Shown piece after piece: positions 46,218 to 56,321 of a stretch of 64,000 nt of DNA (its first letter is position 1; each line of letters opens with the position of its first letter). Both the position numbers and the translations under genes were made by a program. A model generated the notes under the pieces. The model saw only the letters and a list, made by a program, of their open reading frames with translations. It made no database searches and had not been told where the DNA came from. Origin of the DNA: an uncultured Alphaproteobacteria bacterium (GTDB lineage Bacteria; Pseudomonadota; Alphaproteobacteria; RF32; CAG-239). The stretch is taken from NCBI GenBank assembly GCA_934254925.1, contig CAKQMD010000001.1, positions 13,266 to 77,265 on the forward strand, written 5' to 3'.

Positions 46218-47705
46218 ATGGCAGAACATAAAACTTCTTCCGCGTCCGCTGCCGCAAAACCAACCGGTAATCCCAACGGTTTGGGCGTTTTGGCTCTGGC
46301 GGGCATTGTCGTCAGCTCCATGATCGGCGGCGGCATCTATTCCCTGCCGCAAAACATGGCGGCTGGAGCTTCCGCCGGCGCCGTGCTCCTGGCATGGATC
46401 ATCACCGGCATCGGCATTTATTTCATTGCCAACACTTTTCGCATCTTATCCACCGCCAAACCGGACCTAACCTCCGGAATTTACATGTATTCCCGCGCAG
46501 GCTTCGGTCCCTACATCGGCTTTACCATCGGCTGGTCTTACTGGCTGTGTCAGGTTTGCGGTAACGTCGGTTATGCCGTCATCACCATGGACGCCCTAAA
46601 CTATTTCTTTCCGCCATATTTCGCGGGCGGTAATAATTTAGCTTCCATCATCGGCGGCTCCATTATCATCTGGGGCTTTAACTTTTTGGTGTTAAAAGGC
46701 ATCAAACAAGCCACCATCGTCAACCTCATCGGCACCGTCGTCAAGATCGTACCGCTGGTACTGTTTATCCTCATTATGGCCTTTGCCTTCAGTGACAGCC
46801 GCTTTAGTTTCGACTTCTGGGGCGAAAACGTCGCCACCCGCATGAAACTCGGCGGTCTCGGCACGCAGATCAAGAGCACCATGCTGGTGACGCTTTGGGC
46901 TTTTATCGGCATTGAAGGCGCCGTGGTGATGTCTAACCGTGCCAAAACGCCTCATGACGTCGGCAAAGCAACAATTTTGGGCTTCATCGGCTGTTTGGCC
47001 ATTTATATTCTGTTGTCCCTGCTGCCTTATGGCTACATGTCTCAGGCCGAATTAGCCACCGTTCCCAATCCCTCCACGGCCGGAATCTTGGAAAAGTTGG
47101 TTGGTCCCTGGGGCGCCTGGCTGATGAACATCGGCTTGTTGGTTTCGGTTTTGACCAGCTGGCTGGCCTGGACCATGGTTACGGCCGAAGTGCCGCACGC
47201 CGCCGCCAAAAACGGAACTTTCCCCAAAGAGTTTGCCATTGAAAACAAATATGGCTCACCGGCGGTTTCTTTGTGGATCACCAGCGCCATGATGCAGATT
47301 TTCATTCTGCTGGTGTATTTTTCAAATAATGCCTGGAACACCATGCTCAGCATTACCGGCGTGATGGTTTTGCCGGCTTATTTCGCCTCCTGCGCTTATT
47401 TGTGGAAAATCTGCGAAGACGGTGAATATCCCGCCAATGCCTTGGTTAAAAGATCTGCGGCGCTGATTACCGGCATTCTCGGAGCGCTTTACGCCCTCTG
47501 GCTGATTTATGCCGCCGGCCTGAATTATCTTCTGATGGCCGTCGTCATTGTGGCATTGGGAATTCCGGTGTTTATCTGGGCACGTCGTCAGAATGCTCCC
47601 GGCGAAAAAGCCTTCACCAAAGGAGAATGCGCTTTTGCCGTCATTTTGGTGCTGTTGGCGTTGTGGGCGATTTTTGCCTTTGCCGAAGGCATTGTCAAAA
47701 TCTAA
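46218..47705 (+). CDS. APC-family amino-acid antiporter (arginine:agmatine exchanger-like)
   Basis: 495 aa. 12-13 TM helices. N-terminal [22 protein letters not shown] motif typical of APC/AdiC-like exchangers. Confidence 0.8.
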   Translation: MAEHKTSSASAAAKPTGNPNGLGVLALAGIVVSSMIGGGIYSLPQNMAAGASAGAVLLAWIITGIGIYFIANTFRILSTAKPDLTSGIYMYSRAGFGPYIGFTIGWSYWLCQVCGNVGYAVITMDALNYFFPPYFAGGNNLASIIGGSIIIWGFNFLVLKGIKQATIVNLIGTVVKIVPLVLFILIMAFAFSDSRFSFDFWGENVATRMKLGGLGTQIKSTMLVTLWAFIGIEGAVVMSNRAKTPHDVGKATILGFIGCLAIYILLSLLPYGYMSQAELATVPNPSTAGILEKLVGPWGAWLMNIGLLVSVLTSWLAWTMVTAEVPHAAAKNGTFPKEFAIENKYGSPAVSLWITSAMMQIFILLVYFSNNAWNTMLSITGVMVLPAYFASCAYLWKICEDGEYPANALVKRSAALITGILGALYALWLIYAAGLNYLLMAVVIVALGIPVFIWARRQNAPGEKAFTKGECAFAVILVLLALWAIFAFAEGIVKI

Positions 47706-47723
47706 CCGCTTCGTTTAAACTTA

Positions 47724-47758
47724 AAAGCAGCAGTTTGGTCAAACTGCTGCTTTTTTTT
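47724..47758 (+). terminator. rho-independent terminator after the antiporter gene
   Basis: aaagcagcagtttggtcaaactgctgcttt hairpin plus tttttttt. Confidence 0.65.
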
Positions 47759-47762
47759 GAGC

Positions 47763-48146
47763 TTAAGCTCCGTCTTTTCCTTCGTCCAAACGGTGCAACG
47801 GCGTTTCACAGCCTTCCTCGTCGATGATTTGGAAATAAAAATTTTCTTTGATCCGAATGCCAAACGGCAGTTTTTGCAATTCGCCAAAAACAAAACGATT
47901 GACCAAAACCAGCACTTTTCCCCAACAATATCTGTCTTCCAACAAATCTAGAAGCTGCTCTTCGCTGATTGCGGCGGTTTGGCAATGAAAATCGTCGATC
48001 ATTTCGATCCGATGGCCGTATTTCCGGCGTATTTTTCGGTTCCAACACTCGGCACGGACGGCGGTAACCCGACTCCGCGCATCATACAAAATTTTTCTGA
48101 CATCGGGAACCGAAAGGGAACAATCCTTTATGGCTTTTGTTTCCAT
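47763..48146 (-). CDS. hypothetical protein
   Basis: 127-aa ORF, low GC. Separated from the phage-like operon by a strong hairpin. Confidence 0.35.
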   Translation of the reverse strand: METKAIKDCSLSVPDVRKILYDARSRVTAVRAECWNRKIRRKYGHRIEMIDDFHCQTAAISEEQLLDLLEDRYCWGKVLVLVNRFVFGELQKLPFGIRIKENFYFQIIDEEGCETPLHRLDEGKDGA

Positions 48147-48238
48147 AACTTTTATAAATTATAAGATTAATAATATTTCATTGTCGGCAAGATAACATAA
48201 AGCGCTTCAAGAATCAAGCCGACAAAAATGAAAAAAAA

Positions 48239-48277
48239 CTTCCCCCGGTTAATGCAAAAGACAATAACCGGGGGAAG
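48239..48277. terminator. strong bidirectional terminator hairpin at distal end of phage-like late operon
   Basis: cttcccccggtta-N13-taaccgggggaag (13-bp stem) flanked by aaaaaaaa and tttt. Confidence 0.6.
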
Positions 48278-48279
48278 TT

Positions 48280-48471
48280 TTAACGCGGGCATTTGAGTTT
48301 GATGTCCTGCCATTTGCGGATCACCGTTACCAAATCCGGCGGCAGTTCGGCGCCTTCTGCCAATACCATGGCAAAAGCCTTTAAAATTGCATCCAGCTGA
48401 TCGCCGACGGGCAGTTTCTTGGCATATTCCCGAGCACGCCGCTGTTTATATGTTAATCTCGGTCTGGGCAT
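48280..48471 (-). CDS. small hypothetical protein (phage-like module)
   Basis: 63-aa ORF at the distal end of the operon. Confidence 0.3.
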   Translation of the reverse strand: MPRPRLTYKQRRAREYAKKLPVGDQLDAILKAFAMVLAEGAELPPDLVTVIRKWQDIKLKCPR

Positions 48472-48483
48472 GATCTGTTCCTT

Positions 48484-48942
48484 TTACCTAACTTGCTTTT
48501 CACTGTTTATGGTATCCAAAGCGCCTGAAAAACCGCTGATAATCTGCTGATCTGCCTTAAATTTGGCTTTTTTCCTGAGATTATTGTTTTCCAGATAATT
48601 GGTCTTCATCATATGGTCCATATCATCATAGCCTTCTTTAATCAGACGGTTTTGTGCCGCCAGGGCCGAACCGCTGCCGACAATCCCCATGCCGCCGAAA
48701 GCAGCCCGACGCGACGCCAGTTGCTGATCCAACAGGTTATTGCGCTTCTTCATATTATAAGCCGTTTGGGCATTGTTCATGCTCATCTGCCGGCGTGCGG
48801 CCTTTTTGGTTTGGTTGGCCTTATAGAAGCTGTTAAACAGATCTATTCCCATGCCGGCTTGTTTTCCGGTAGCCATTCCCATAACTGTCGAACCTATACC
48901 TCCCATTTTATTTCTCCTTTCAATTTTTAATTTTAACTTCAC
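48484..48942 (-). CDS. phage-like hypothetical protein (Gly/Met/Asn-rich; possible gp13-like virion protein)
   Basis: 152 aa. Immediately downstream of the gp12-like gene, as gp13 is in T7. No motif. Confidence 0.4.
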   Translation of the reverse strand: MKLKLKIERRNKMGGIGSTVMGMATGKQAGMGIDLFNSFYKANQTKKAARRQMSMNNAQTAYNMKKRNNLLDQQLASRRAAFGGMGIVGSGSALAAQNRLIKEGYDDMDHMMKTNYLENNNLRKKAKFKADQQIISGFSGALDTINSEKQVR

Positions 48943-50827
48943 TCGTCGTCGCCAATAAGGTAAACGACGCCGGAATATCGCTGCGGATGCTCCATAGCGG
49001 TTTGTTCAGCTCCCGAACCCAGCCCAATGCATGCAGCTCAAGATCGCCGCTGTAATTGAGGGCCGGAGCATCGAGTATTTTGTCCCGATACAGACGTTTC
49101 ATCGGCACTTCAAAGTAACCGTTACCGATATCCAACCGCAAAGATTTGGTATCCAGAACGCGGAAAATCGCCCGAATGATTCGTGCAGCCTTCGGCGGAA
49201 ACGGTTTGGCAGCGTCAACCATAAAAGGAAGAGGCTCAACAATATGCTCATAAGGATAACCGATGATAATTTCTTTGACCGGATCGCTCAAAACCAAAGT
49301 TCCGTCAGTGATTTTGAAGTTTCCCAAAGTATAACCGTCGCCGATGACGGCCACGAGTTTGTCCTCCAAATAATCCAGTCCGGTCCAGGTATCTTTGGGG
49401 GTTTCCGAGGTAAACTTCTTTCCGCAGTCAACATAATAATCAGGGACAAGCTTCTCAATATAGTATGAACCGTCGCGTTCTACAAAAAAGTACATTTCAT
49501 CATTGACGACGGCAGCGGAAAGAAACTTGCCTTCGGTTTTCAGCACACTCCAGGCATTGACCTGTTCTGAGCGATAAGTCGTCAGACAGGCTGCCGTCCC
49601 GTCCCCACACAGAATATACAAAATGCATTCGTCCTGATGATAGATCATCTCCTGCGGATTATTGACAAGCTCCGGCGCCAAGAGAGACAGGTCTTTAGCC
49701 TGATAGGCCTGCTCAACGTCCGCAAACAAGAATTCGCGAAGCTGTCGACCGTTTTGCGACATAAACAGCGTCGCTCCGTCAACATTCGGCGGCGTCAACG
49801 ATCGCTTGTTATAGCTGCCGATATTGGTCTGGCGGTTCAATTTGAGGCTTTCAGGCGTCAGAGGTTCTCCGCTCACCATCCACTCGGCGCCGGTGGTAAA
49901 CACCAACAGGTGACGAGAAGAGACGACGTTCAAAATCGCATTGACCTGATCGGAGAGAATGGCGAAATCAATTGCCTCGTCATCCAGCCCGGTGCCAACA
50001 TCAAAGTTAAACAAATCTGACGATTTGGAAAGCCAAAGGTGGTTCGGCAGAGACTTTGATCCGCCGATCACCATGCGATCCTGATGGAAGGTAACCGAGG
50101 CAGGATAGCCGCGTTTGGGCGAAAACGCCGCTTCTTCCCAATCCGTCGTCGGCTCGTAGTCATCAAGAATGTGGCTGAGCGTCATCTGAATATTTTTCGC
50201 ATCAATAAAAGAATTGACCACTCCTTCTCCGTTTCTGAGACGGATGCGCGTACCAAGGTATGATTCGTCAAAAATCGGATTATCGGCGGTCAGAACAATC
50301 GTTCCGACATTGTTGCTGGGAGAGATGCGTTCCTTCTTTTTGAAAAAATTGTAATACGGGCACTGCGTATAGCCGTTGTCCGTATAAAAAGTCCACTCCT
50401 TGATGCTCCAAACGTCATTGTCCGTCCGGCTGATTTCACGCGGGGGAACGTCGGGATGAACGACCAAAAGCGTATCGGCACTTTGAGTCCAGTTGATCTT
50501 TTGGACCTGCTCCAACGTCCAAGGACTTTCCAGCGTGGTAATACATTCGTCGTCACGATAGACTTTTACTGTTTTTTCACCGAAATACAGCAGATAGACT
50601 TGTTCGGTATTAAACTCAAAAGAAATCAGGCGGCCATTGCCGGAGAGTTCGTCAACATATTTCAGTCCTTGTCGCCGTGAAACACCGCCCGTCGGATAAA
50701 TAATCACGTTTTGCAAAGTACGGGCGCCATTGGCATAGACGTTCAGATCCCCCCGGCCAAAGATTTTTGAAGAAACTTGACCGGAGGTAAAGTTTGTTTT
50801 TACCGAAATCGGGTTGTTGCTGCTCAT
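48920..50827 (-). CDS. tail tubular protein B-like (T7 gp12-like) nozzle protein
   Basis: 635-aa beta-rich protein directly downstream of the gp11-like gene. Start overlaps by 4 nt. Assignment rests on synteny and size. Confidence 0.45.
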   Translation of the reverse strand: MSSNNPISVKTNFTSGQVSSKIFGRGDLNVYANGARTLQNVIIYPTGGVSRRQGLKYVDELSGNGRLISFEFNTEQVYLLYFGEKTVKVYRDDECITTLESPWTLEQVQKINWTQSADTLLVVHPDVPPREISRTDNDVWSIKEWTFYTDNGYTQCPYYNFFKKKERISPSNNVGTIVLTADNPIFDESYLGTRIRLRNGEGVVNSFIDAKNIQMTLSHILDDYEPTTDWEEAAFSPKRGYPASVTFHQDRMVIGGSKSLPNHLWLSKSSDLFNFDVGTGLDDEAIDFAILSDQVNAILNVVSSRHLLVFTTGAEWMVSGEPLTPESLKLNRQTNIGSYNKRSLTPPNVDGATLFMSQNGRQLREFLFADVEQAYQAKDLSLLAPELVNNPQEMIYHQDECILYILCGDGTAACLTTYRSEQVNAWSVLKTEGKFLSAAVVNDEMYFFVERDGSYYIEKLVPDYYVDCGKKFTSETPKDTWTGLDYLEDKLVAVIGDGYTLGNFKITDGTLVLSDPVKEIIIGYPYEHIVEPLPFMVDAAKPFPPKAARIIRAIFRVLDTKSLRLDIGNGYFEVPMKRLYRDKILDAPALNYSGDLELHALGWVRELNKPLWSIRSDIPASFTLLATTSEVKIKN

Positions 50828-51444
50828 TGTCTCGCCTCCACCAGGGTAAAGTCTTCAAACTTGCGCGGCGTGGCCTGCTGGGCATCAATCAAACGAGCCT
50901 GAGTGATGGCATCTTCCGCCAAACGCGACAGAAAATCCGCCCGCGTCGTGCTTTCGGTCAGAGGAATGCAGAACTCTGCGGCCAATCGTGCCATCAGTGC
51001 CTCAACGAAAAATGCGGGAAAAGTGTCTACATGCGGCCGAAAGATATAAGTGATGGTTACATGTTCGGCATTGGTATGCATTTTGTTTTCAAAAATGCGG
51101 TATTCCAGACCGCTGCCGCGTCCGGCATTGCCTGCCGAGATGATCCGCAAAAAATCATATGGCAGAGCATAAGCGTATTTGAAATCCGCCAAAGGCCTGC
51201 TTTCCAATCTGGCCAAAGTTTTTTGACCGACGGCAAAACTCCAGGGATAAGAAGAAAGCAACGCATCCCTAATCTGGGGATAGAGGTTCGCCGCCACTTC
51301 GGCTTCGGCCGTTCCGTCTTCAAAAGACGTCAGGGGCGAAGCGCCGATTTTGATTAAAGCGTTTGAACATAAATTCACATCTGTTATTGTCATTATTTTT
51401 CTCCATTTAAAAAGGATGGCGGCAACCGCCGGGGCTGCCGCCAT
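50824..51444 (-). CDS. tail tubular protein A-like (T7 gp11-like) adaptor/gatekeeper
   Basis: The N-terminus ALIKIGASPLTSFEDGTAEAEVAANLYPQIRDALLSSYPWSF aligns by eye with T7 gp11 [42 protein letters not shown]. 206 aa vs 196 aa. Confidence 0.6.
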   Translation of the reverse strand: MAAAPAVAAILFKWRKIMTITDVNLCSNALIKIGASPLTSFEDGTAEAEVAANLYPQIRDALLSSYPWSFAVGQKTLARLESRPLADFKYAYALPYDFLRIISAGNAGRGSGLEYRIFENKMHTNAEHVTITYIFRPHVDTFPAFFVEALMARLAAEFCIPLTESTTRADFLSRLAEDAITQARLIDAQQATPRKFEDFTLVEARQ

Positions 51445-51487
51445 ATCACTTTTGCTAATAGGTATTTAAAATTTATATTCGGGAAGG

Positions 51488-51754
51488 TTATTCAGTATCC
51501 GCAGCCGGACCTGCCACCTGGGAAACACTCACCGTACCTTCGGCATTGGCAGAAACTACCAAAATGGCCGTTTCCAACGTGCTGGAAGTGGAGGCGTTGA
51601 CCAAAATCATGTCACCGACACGGACAAAGGGCGCCGTCTCGTTGAAATATTTAGCGGTCTTGACCGTTTCCAAAGTATCGGTCGTTGAATAGTTCCACAG
51701 CGTGAAGCCGTTGGCATAGGCCAGAACACTGAAAGATTTGGTATCGTAAGACAT
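51488..51754 (-). CDS. hypothetical small protein between capsid and gp11-like genes
   Basis: 88-aa ORF, Thr/Ser/Ala-rich. No motif. Confidence 0.3.
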   Translation of the reverse strand: MSYDTKSFSVLAYANGFTLWNYSTTDTLETVKTAKYFNETAPFVRVGDMILVNASTSSTLETAILVVSANAEGTVSVSQVAGPAADTE

Positions 51755-51785
51755 ATTCTTATCCTTTCATAATATAAATTAAAAA

Positions 51786-52625
51786 TTAAGCTTCTTTGCA
51801 TTTGATGCGGACGACGCCGTCTTCATCAATCAGGCAGGACCCCTGGCTCATCATGTTATTGATGAAGTGGGCGGCATGGTCGCCGTGCCAGGTGATGTCG
51901 GATTTGACGTCTTGTCCCGAGGCATGGCCGATGGCCGTCTTGTGGAAAAGGAAGCAGTCGCGGGCTGTGCCGTTGAGCGGCAAACCGGTGTGCATGATCC
52001 AGTTGATGCCCAACCAACGGCGGCTTTCCGTCCCTTTCAGGAAGGGCATGTTGTCGCCGGCATATTCCGAGCTTGAAAACTCGGGAATGCTCAGCAAGGC
52101 ATTCCATTGAAGCGGCCCGAGAATGGCAAAACGCTGGCCGTCATCAGGAACATTGTTGCCGTTCAGCTTGGCAAAGGCGTTCAAAATGGTAGCTTTGTCC
52201 AAAACCTTGGTTCCGTCACCGACATCGTTTTTGGCAGAGGCCGAGGCCAAGGCGCTGATGATCAATTCATCGGTCTTGCGGCCGAGGGCATAAGCGCCGG
52301 CATTGACGATAACCTGACGTTCGTCAATGCTCAACTTGATTTCGTCCAAAGCATCAACCCAATCGCCGGCATAGTAATCCTGCAATTCGCATTCGATCGG
52401 CGTGTGATCAATGCTCATCACCGGTACCAGGCCGTGACGGGCTTTGTTGGAGGCAACGCCTTTGCCTACCTTCTGAAAAACGGTCGAAGACCCTTTGACG
52501 TTGTTTTTGTAACGAACACAGTTCTTCAGTTTAGAACCGGTCTGCTGATAAGACAGGTGAACGTCCGCCTGAAATTGTTTGACAAAAGAATCGCTTACTT
52601 GAATAGACATATTTTTATTCTCCAT
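51786..52625 (-). CDS. major capsid protein, T7 gp10-like
   Basis: 279 aa. Positioned after the scaffold gene. Segmental similarity to T7 gp10A by eye (IDERQVIVNAGAYALGRKTDELIISALAS vs DVRSEYTSQLGESLAMAADGAVLAEIAGL; NNVPDDGQRF vs KNYVPAADRVF). Confidence 0.5.
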   Translation of the reverse strand: MENKNMSIQVSDSFVKQFQADVHLSYQQTGSKLKNCVRYKNNVKGSSTVFQKVGKGVASNKARHGLVPVMSIDHTPIECELQDYYAGDWVDALDEIKLSIDERQVIVNAGAYALGRKTDELIISALASASAKNDVGDGTKVLDKATILNAFAKLNGNNVPDDGQRFAILGPLQWNALLSIPEFSSSEYAGDNMPFLKGTESRRWLGINWIMHTGLPLNGTARDCFLFHKTAIGHASGQDVKSDITWHGDHAAHFINNMMSQGSCLIDEDGVVRIKCKEA

Positions 52626-52651
52626 TTAAAGTTTTGAGTTAAAATTTTTTA

Positions 52652-53341
52652 TTATTTATCCGGGTAAAGGCTTTGGAAGCCTCTGGTAATTTTGTTAACG
52701 TAGGCTTTATCGTGATCGCGCCAATAACGGGGATCTTCCATCATTTTGCGCAGATTCTCTTCGGTCAGTCCGCCTTCGATCGAGCCTTCGCGGGAAAGTC
52801 CCGGTTCGTTGGAAGACATCATTTTATAAAGGGTGATAACGCCTTCTGCAGTGGTGGCCAGAGCGTCATAAATATCAGAGTTGATATTCTGACGGGCCCA
52901 GGTCGAGATCTGCCGGGAGACCTCGGTGAATTTATCCTGGCCGCCAAAATAGCGAGCCAGTTTCTCCATCTGCTTTTCGGCTTCAAAATCAACCGCCAAC
53001 TGGTCCAATACCGGAATAACCCGCTCGTTGGCCAGATCATAAACCAGCTGGGCCTGGTCATTGGTGAAGCCTTTTTCATAAAAACGCTTCAAGACTTCAT
53101 CATCTTTAGCCAGAAAAGGATGGTTGATATTCAGATCATACTGATCATAGCTGGCCGGCACCCGACGAAGATTTCCCTCCACCAGGTTTTCGTCCCGGGA
53201 AGCCATGTAGTTGTAATCTTGAATCAATTCATCCAGTTTGACGCTGCCGGTTGCGGCATCCCAAAATTTTTCGGGAAGTCCCATGGGTTTGCCTGACGAA
53301 GCAGCGGCAAGCAACGAGTCCATTTTTCTGTTGTCGTTCAT
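52652..53341 (-). CDS. scaffolding protein, T7 gp9-like
   Basis: Acidic 229-aa protein between the portal and capsid genes. The C-terminus LRKMMEDPRYWRDHDKAYVNKI resembles the T7 gp9 C-terminus MIKAMSDPRYRTDANYRRQVEQKVI. Confidence 0.5.
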   Translation of the reverse strand: MNDNRKMDSLLAAASSGKPMGLPEKFWDAATGSVKLDELIQDYNYMASRDENLVEGNLRRVPASYDQYDLNINHPFLAKDDEVLKRFYEKGFTNDQAQLVYDLANERVIPVLDQLAVDFEAEKQMEKLARYFGGQDKFTEVSRQISTWARQNINSDIYDALATTAEGVITLYKMMSSNEPGLSREGSIEGGLTEENLRKMMEDPRYWRDHDKAYVNKITRGFQSLYPDK

Positions 53342-53355
53342 TTATTTCTTTCCTT

Positions 53356-53583
53356 TCATTCAATATCCGGATTCCGGAGCGTTATGATTTTGCTTACTAA
53401 ATGCCGCTGTCCTTCCAGGTGACGTAATTCATCCGCCGAACAATCCGGCCCGAGGTAACGCTCGAGAGTCATTCTTTTTAAAAAAGAGAGGACAATTTTG
53501 CCCTCTCTGGTTGAAAAACACTTGACAAACGCCTGTCGAATCTCTTCTTCAGACATTTTCTTGGTGTCATATGTTTCCTGCAT
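53356..53583 (-). CDS. small hypothetical protein
   Basis: 75-aa ORF between the portal and scaffold genes. Overlaps the portal end. Confidence 0.3.
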   Translation of the reverse strand: MQETYDTKKMSEEEIRQAFVKCFSTREGKIVLSFLKRMTLERYLGPDCSADELRHLEGQRHLVSKIITLRNPDIE

Positions 53584-55165
53584 TGAGCGCCTCCTCTTCC
53601 GTCAACGCTTGCGGCGTAAAGCCGGCCGCAGCGTCTTCCGGAACAACCGGAAGCGTTTCAACAATCAGGTTGGACGGCACGTTTAATGTGCGTCCCAGCC
53701 ATTTGGCGGTTTCAAAAGCATTGACCGCCGCCAAGGCTTCGCCGCCGAAAGAAGCCAGCTGGCTTACCCATTCGACGACATTGCCGACGTCTTTGCGCGA
53801 TTGCAAAAGCGCCAGCGGAGATTTGTACTGCAGATCCACCACTTTGCCGTCAAGGTCAAAGTTTAAGACATCACCGCGCCGCCGCAGGATGAAGAATGCC
53901 CTTTTCAGCAAGGGAGTCAGCAGTTCCGTCTGCAGGCGTCCGAAAGTTGCCCCCAAAAGGCGCGCCATCTCGGACGAACGTTCCAAAACCTCAGTCGCCG
54001 TCATTGAGGGAACGGCAACCTGGGCCAGACGGTCAGCCAGCAAGGCATGATTGATGCGCGCCCGCAAATCCTCCAAAACCAGCTGCGAAATATCAAATTT
54101 TCCCGGCGCTTCCAGCGGCGTCAGTCCTTTTGAACCAACGGCCTTGGGAATAATGGCCCCGGGTACGAGCTTGATGTTTGACGGATTCAATACGCCGTCG
54201 TCATCCGCCTGCCAAATGCCGGTGACGGCAATCGAGGCGTTTTTCAAAATCAGCTCAACGACTTTGTTGGCGGTTTTGATGTCCGGCAGGGCCTTCATCA
54301 CCGGTGAGCGTCCGTAAACTTCTCCCGGCGCCTTGAGCCAGCGGAAGTTGATAAACGGCGAGGTTTCAAAAATGCCCTCACGCAAAACGACATGGCTGTC
54401 GGTACCGGTGTTTTCATCCCAGGCAAATGCCGTGTATTCATAGCCGCAGGTGCCGCAAATGCCGTTTTGGGGAATGACCGCCTCAATGACCTTGACACGG
54501 TAATCGCTGTCGTCATGGTAGCGTTCTTGCCATTCCGAAGGAATTGCCGCTTCAGGAAAGCGGACTTGCAGTTCGTCAACGGAAGCTGAAAAACTGCGAA
54601 AAGTAGTGTCGATTTTTCCCGTTCCGCTTTCCTCCAGGGCGATTTCCCTTAAAGGAACGGCATAAAAACGAAAAGCCGAAGCTTCCCCCAAAGGCGCCTC
54701 TTCAAACATCAGACAAGCCGTTCCCGCCGTAACCAGATCCAAGTAACATTGGTGGATTTCCACAGCAAAATTGGAGTGCTCAAAGTTTTGTAACAAAACA
54801 TCGGCCGTATTTTCCAAAATCGGGCCGATTTGTTGCCTTTCCTCCGGACTGAGTTCAGGTCCGGCTTTCAGACCAAACCATTTGGCCCAGGCCGGCGTCA
54901 GTTCCGATAACAAGGAAGAAGCCAATTGGTCAACGGCATCGGCAGCAGTTCCGTCAAAAAGCTTCAGGTTTTTCTTGCCGCCATCATTTAAGACGGCGAG
55001 GTTGCTTCCCGAACCTTCCCGCTGCGGCAGAGCATATTCGTAACATTCCTGCCAGTGGGAAACCCAATTTTGTTTACGCTGCTCGGCTTTTTGATAACGG
55101 CTGAGCAAGCGTTCAATCTTGTTTTCCATGTTATTCTCCCAACAAATTTTTACGATTGAGTCCAT
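53567..55165 (-). CDS. portal (head-tail connector) protein, podovirus/T7 gp8-like
   Basis: 532 aa vs 536 aa for T7 gp8. Collinear similarity by eye (ERLLSRYQKAEQRKQNWVSHWQECYEYALP vs ERLKNDRAPYETRAQNCAQYTIP; LDLVTAGTACLMF vs LKQLVVAGNVLLY). Its position before the scaffold and capsid genes is diagnostic. Confidence 0.6.
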   Translation of the reverse strand: MDSIVKICWENNMENKIERLLSRYQKAEQRKQNWVSHWQECYEYALPQREGSGSNLAVLNDGGKKNLKLFDGTAADAVDQLASSLLSELTPAWAKWFGLKAGPELSPEERQQIGPILENTADVLLQNFEHSNFAVEIHQCYLDLVTAGTACLMFEEAPLGEASAFRFYAVPLREIALEESGTGKIDTTFRSFSASVDELQVRFPEAAIPSEWQERYHDDSDYRVKVIEAVIPQNGICGTCGYEYTAFAWDENTGTDSHVVLREGIFETSPFINFRWLKAPGEVYGRSPVMKALPDIKTANKVVELILKNASIAVTGIWQADDDGVLNPSNIKLVPGAIIPKAVGSKGLTPLEAPGKFDISQLVLEDLRARINHALLADRLAQVAVPSMTATEVLERSSEMARLLGATFGRLQTELLTPLLKRAFFILRRRGDVLNFDLDGKVVDLQYKSPLALLQSRKDVGNVVEWVSQLASFGGEALAAVNAFETAKWLGRTLNVPSNLIVETLPVVPEDAAAGFTPQALTEEEALNAGNI

Positions 55166-55331
55166 CTCCGCTGTTGGTCGGCTGCAAAACGCCTTTATAG
55201 GACGTCTTAATGGTGCTTTCCATGCCGCGACGCCGGCGTTCCATTGCCTTTTTGCGTTCTTCTTCCTCGGTGTCGATTACCGGCTCCGGAGCCGGCGCCT
55301 CGATTTTAGGCGCACTAAATATTCCTCCCAT
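55131..55331 (-). CDS. small hypothetical protein
   Basis: 66-aa ORF overlapping the portal start. Charged and Pro-rich. Confidence 0.2.
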   Translation of the reverse strand: MGGIFSAPKIEAPAPEPVIDTEEEERKKAMERRRRGMESTIKTSYKGVLQPTNSGDGLNRKNLLGE

Positions 55332-55354
55332 TTTCTTTTCCTTTCTTGTTTAGG

Positions 55355-55891
55355 TTATGACAATTTTTTGACGACCCGCGTCAACAGGCCGGCAGATTTT
55401 GTTTTTTTCGTCCTTTTTTCGGGGGTGCTTTTGACCACCGAAACGCCCAGCACTCCGAGGGCCAATCCCCAAAGCGAGGCCGTTTCCATCAAAGCCGAAA
55501 TGATTTCGGCCGCTTCGCCGCCGTCGACAATAGCCACATAGCAAACGGTCAATATGGTCAACAGCCACGCAAGAGCAACCGAATAACCGAAGGCCGGGCG
55601 CCAAAAACGCACGAACTTATCTTCAGCCAGAATTTCCTGTCGGAGATCACGGTTAATCTGTTCTCGAGCTTTGCGATCAAGTCCAAGGTCGATATTTCGG
55701 CCACGAACAAGGTGACGATCGGCTTCGGCAATTTGTTCGGGCGAAATTTCCTCCCGGACAATTTCTTTCCCAACGTCGTCCAAAGCCTGACCGGCTTTTT
55801 GAGCCGTTTCAGTGTTCAAACGCAGCAGCGAAAGGCTCAAAACCTTTATTAAAACAGGCAATCCGATTTTGCCCAGCAATCTGGTAATCAT
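55355..55891 (-). CDS. membrane protein, candidate holin
   Basis: 178 aa with two C-terminal TM helices (FGYSVALAWLLTILTVCYVAIV and LWGLALGVLGVSVV). Sits next to the lysin gene. Confidence 0.3.
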   Translation of the reverse strand: MITRLLGKIGLPVLIKVLSLSLLRLNTETAQKAGQALDDVGKEIVREEISPEQIAEADRHLVRGRNIDLGLDRKAREQINRDLRQEILAEDKFVRFWRPAFGYSVALAWLLTILTVCYVAIVDGGEAAEIISALMETASLWGLALGVLGVSVVKSTPEKRTKKTKSAGLLTRVVKKLS

Positions 55892-55895
55892 CGTT

Positions 55896-56321
55896 TTACT
55901 CCTCTATATCATTGTAAAAAACATGGCGGCCGATCTCCGCGCAGGGGATCTTGCCGACAGACCAGGCCGGACGAAGATTCCTGGCATGATAATGCGTTGC
56001 ATTCATGGTTTTGTCTTCCAAGACATCGGCAATCGCCCGCAAGGCAATCCGTTTGCAAATACAATAGTTGACGTCAGTCTCAGAAACGTTAAGCAGTTTT
56101 TCGTAGTTGGGATCGTTTTTGTTCCAACAGGAAAACTGCCAAGGCGCCTGACAGACTTCCGCAATGGTATTTCCCCACCAATAGCGTCCTTTGCGACGGC
56201 TAAAGCTGACCCGGTTCATAATCACCGAAGCCACAGCCTCCTGCCCGGAAATGCTTTCGCCCCGCGCTTCGCCATAGATGGTTCGCGCCAAGATATCAGC
56301 CTCTTTCAATCTTTCGTTCAT
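55896..56321 (-). CDS. cell-wall hydrolase, SleB/Hydrolase_2 family (phage lysin)
   Basis: ILARTIYGEARGE ... VASVIMNRV ... WQFSCWN motifs of the SleB-like lytic enzyme family. Confidence 0.8.
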   Translation of the reverse strand: MNERLKEADILARTIYGEARGESISGQEAVASVIMNRVSFSRRKGRYWWGNTIAEVCQAPWQFSCWNKNDPNYEKLLNVSETDVNYCICKRIALRAIADVLEDKTMNATHYHARNLRPAWSVGKIPCAEIGRHVFYNDIEE

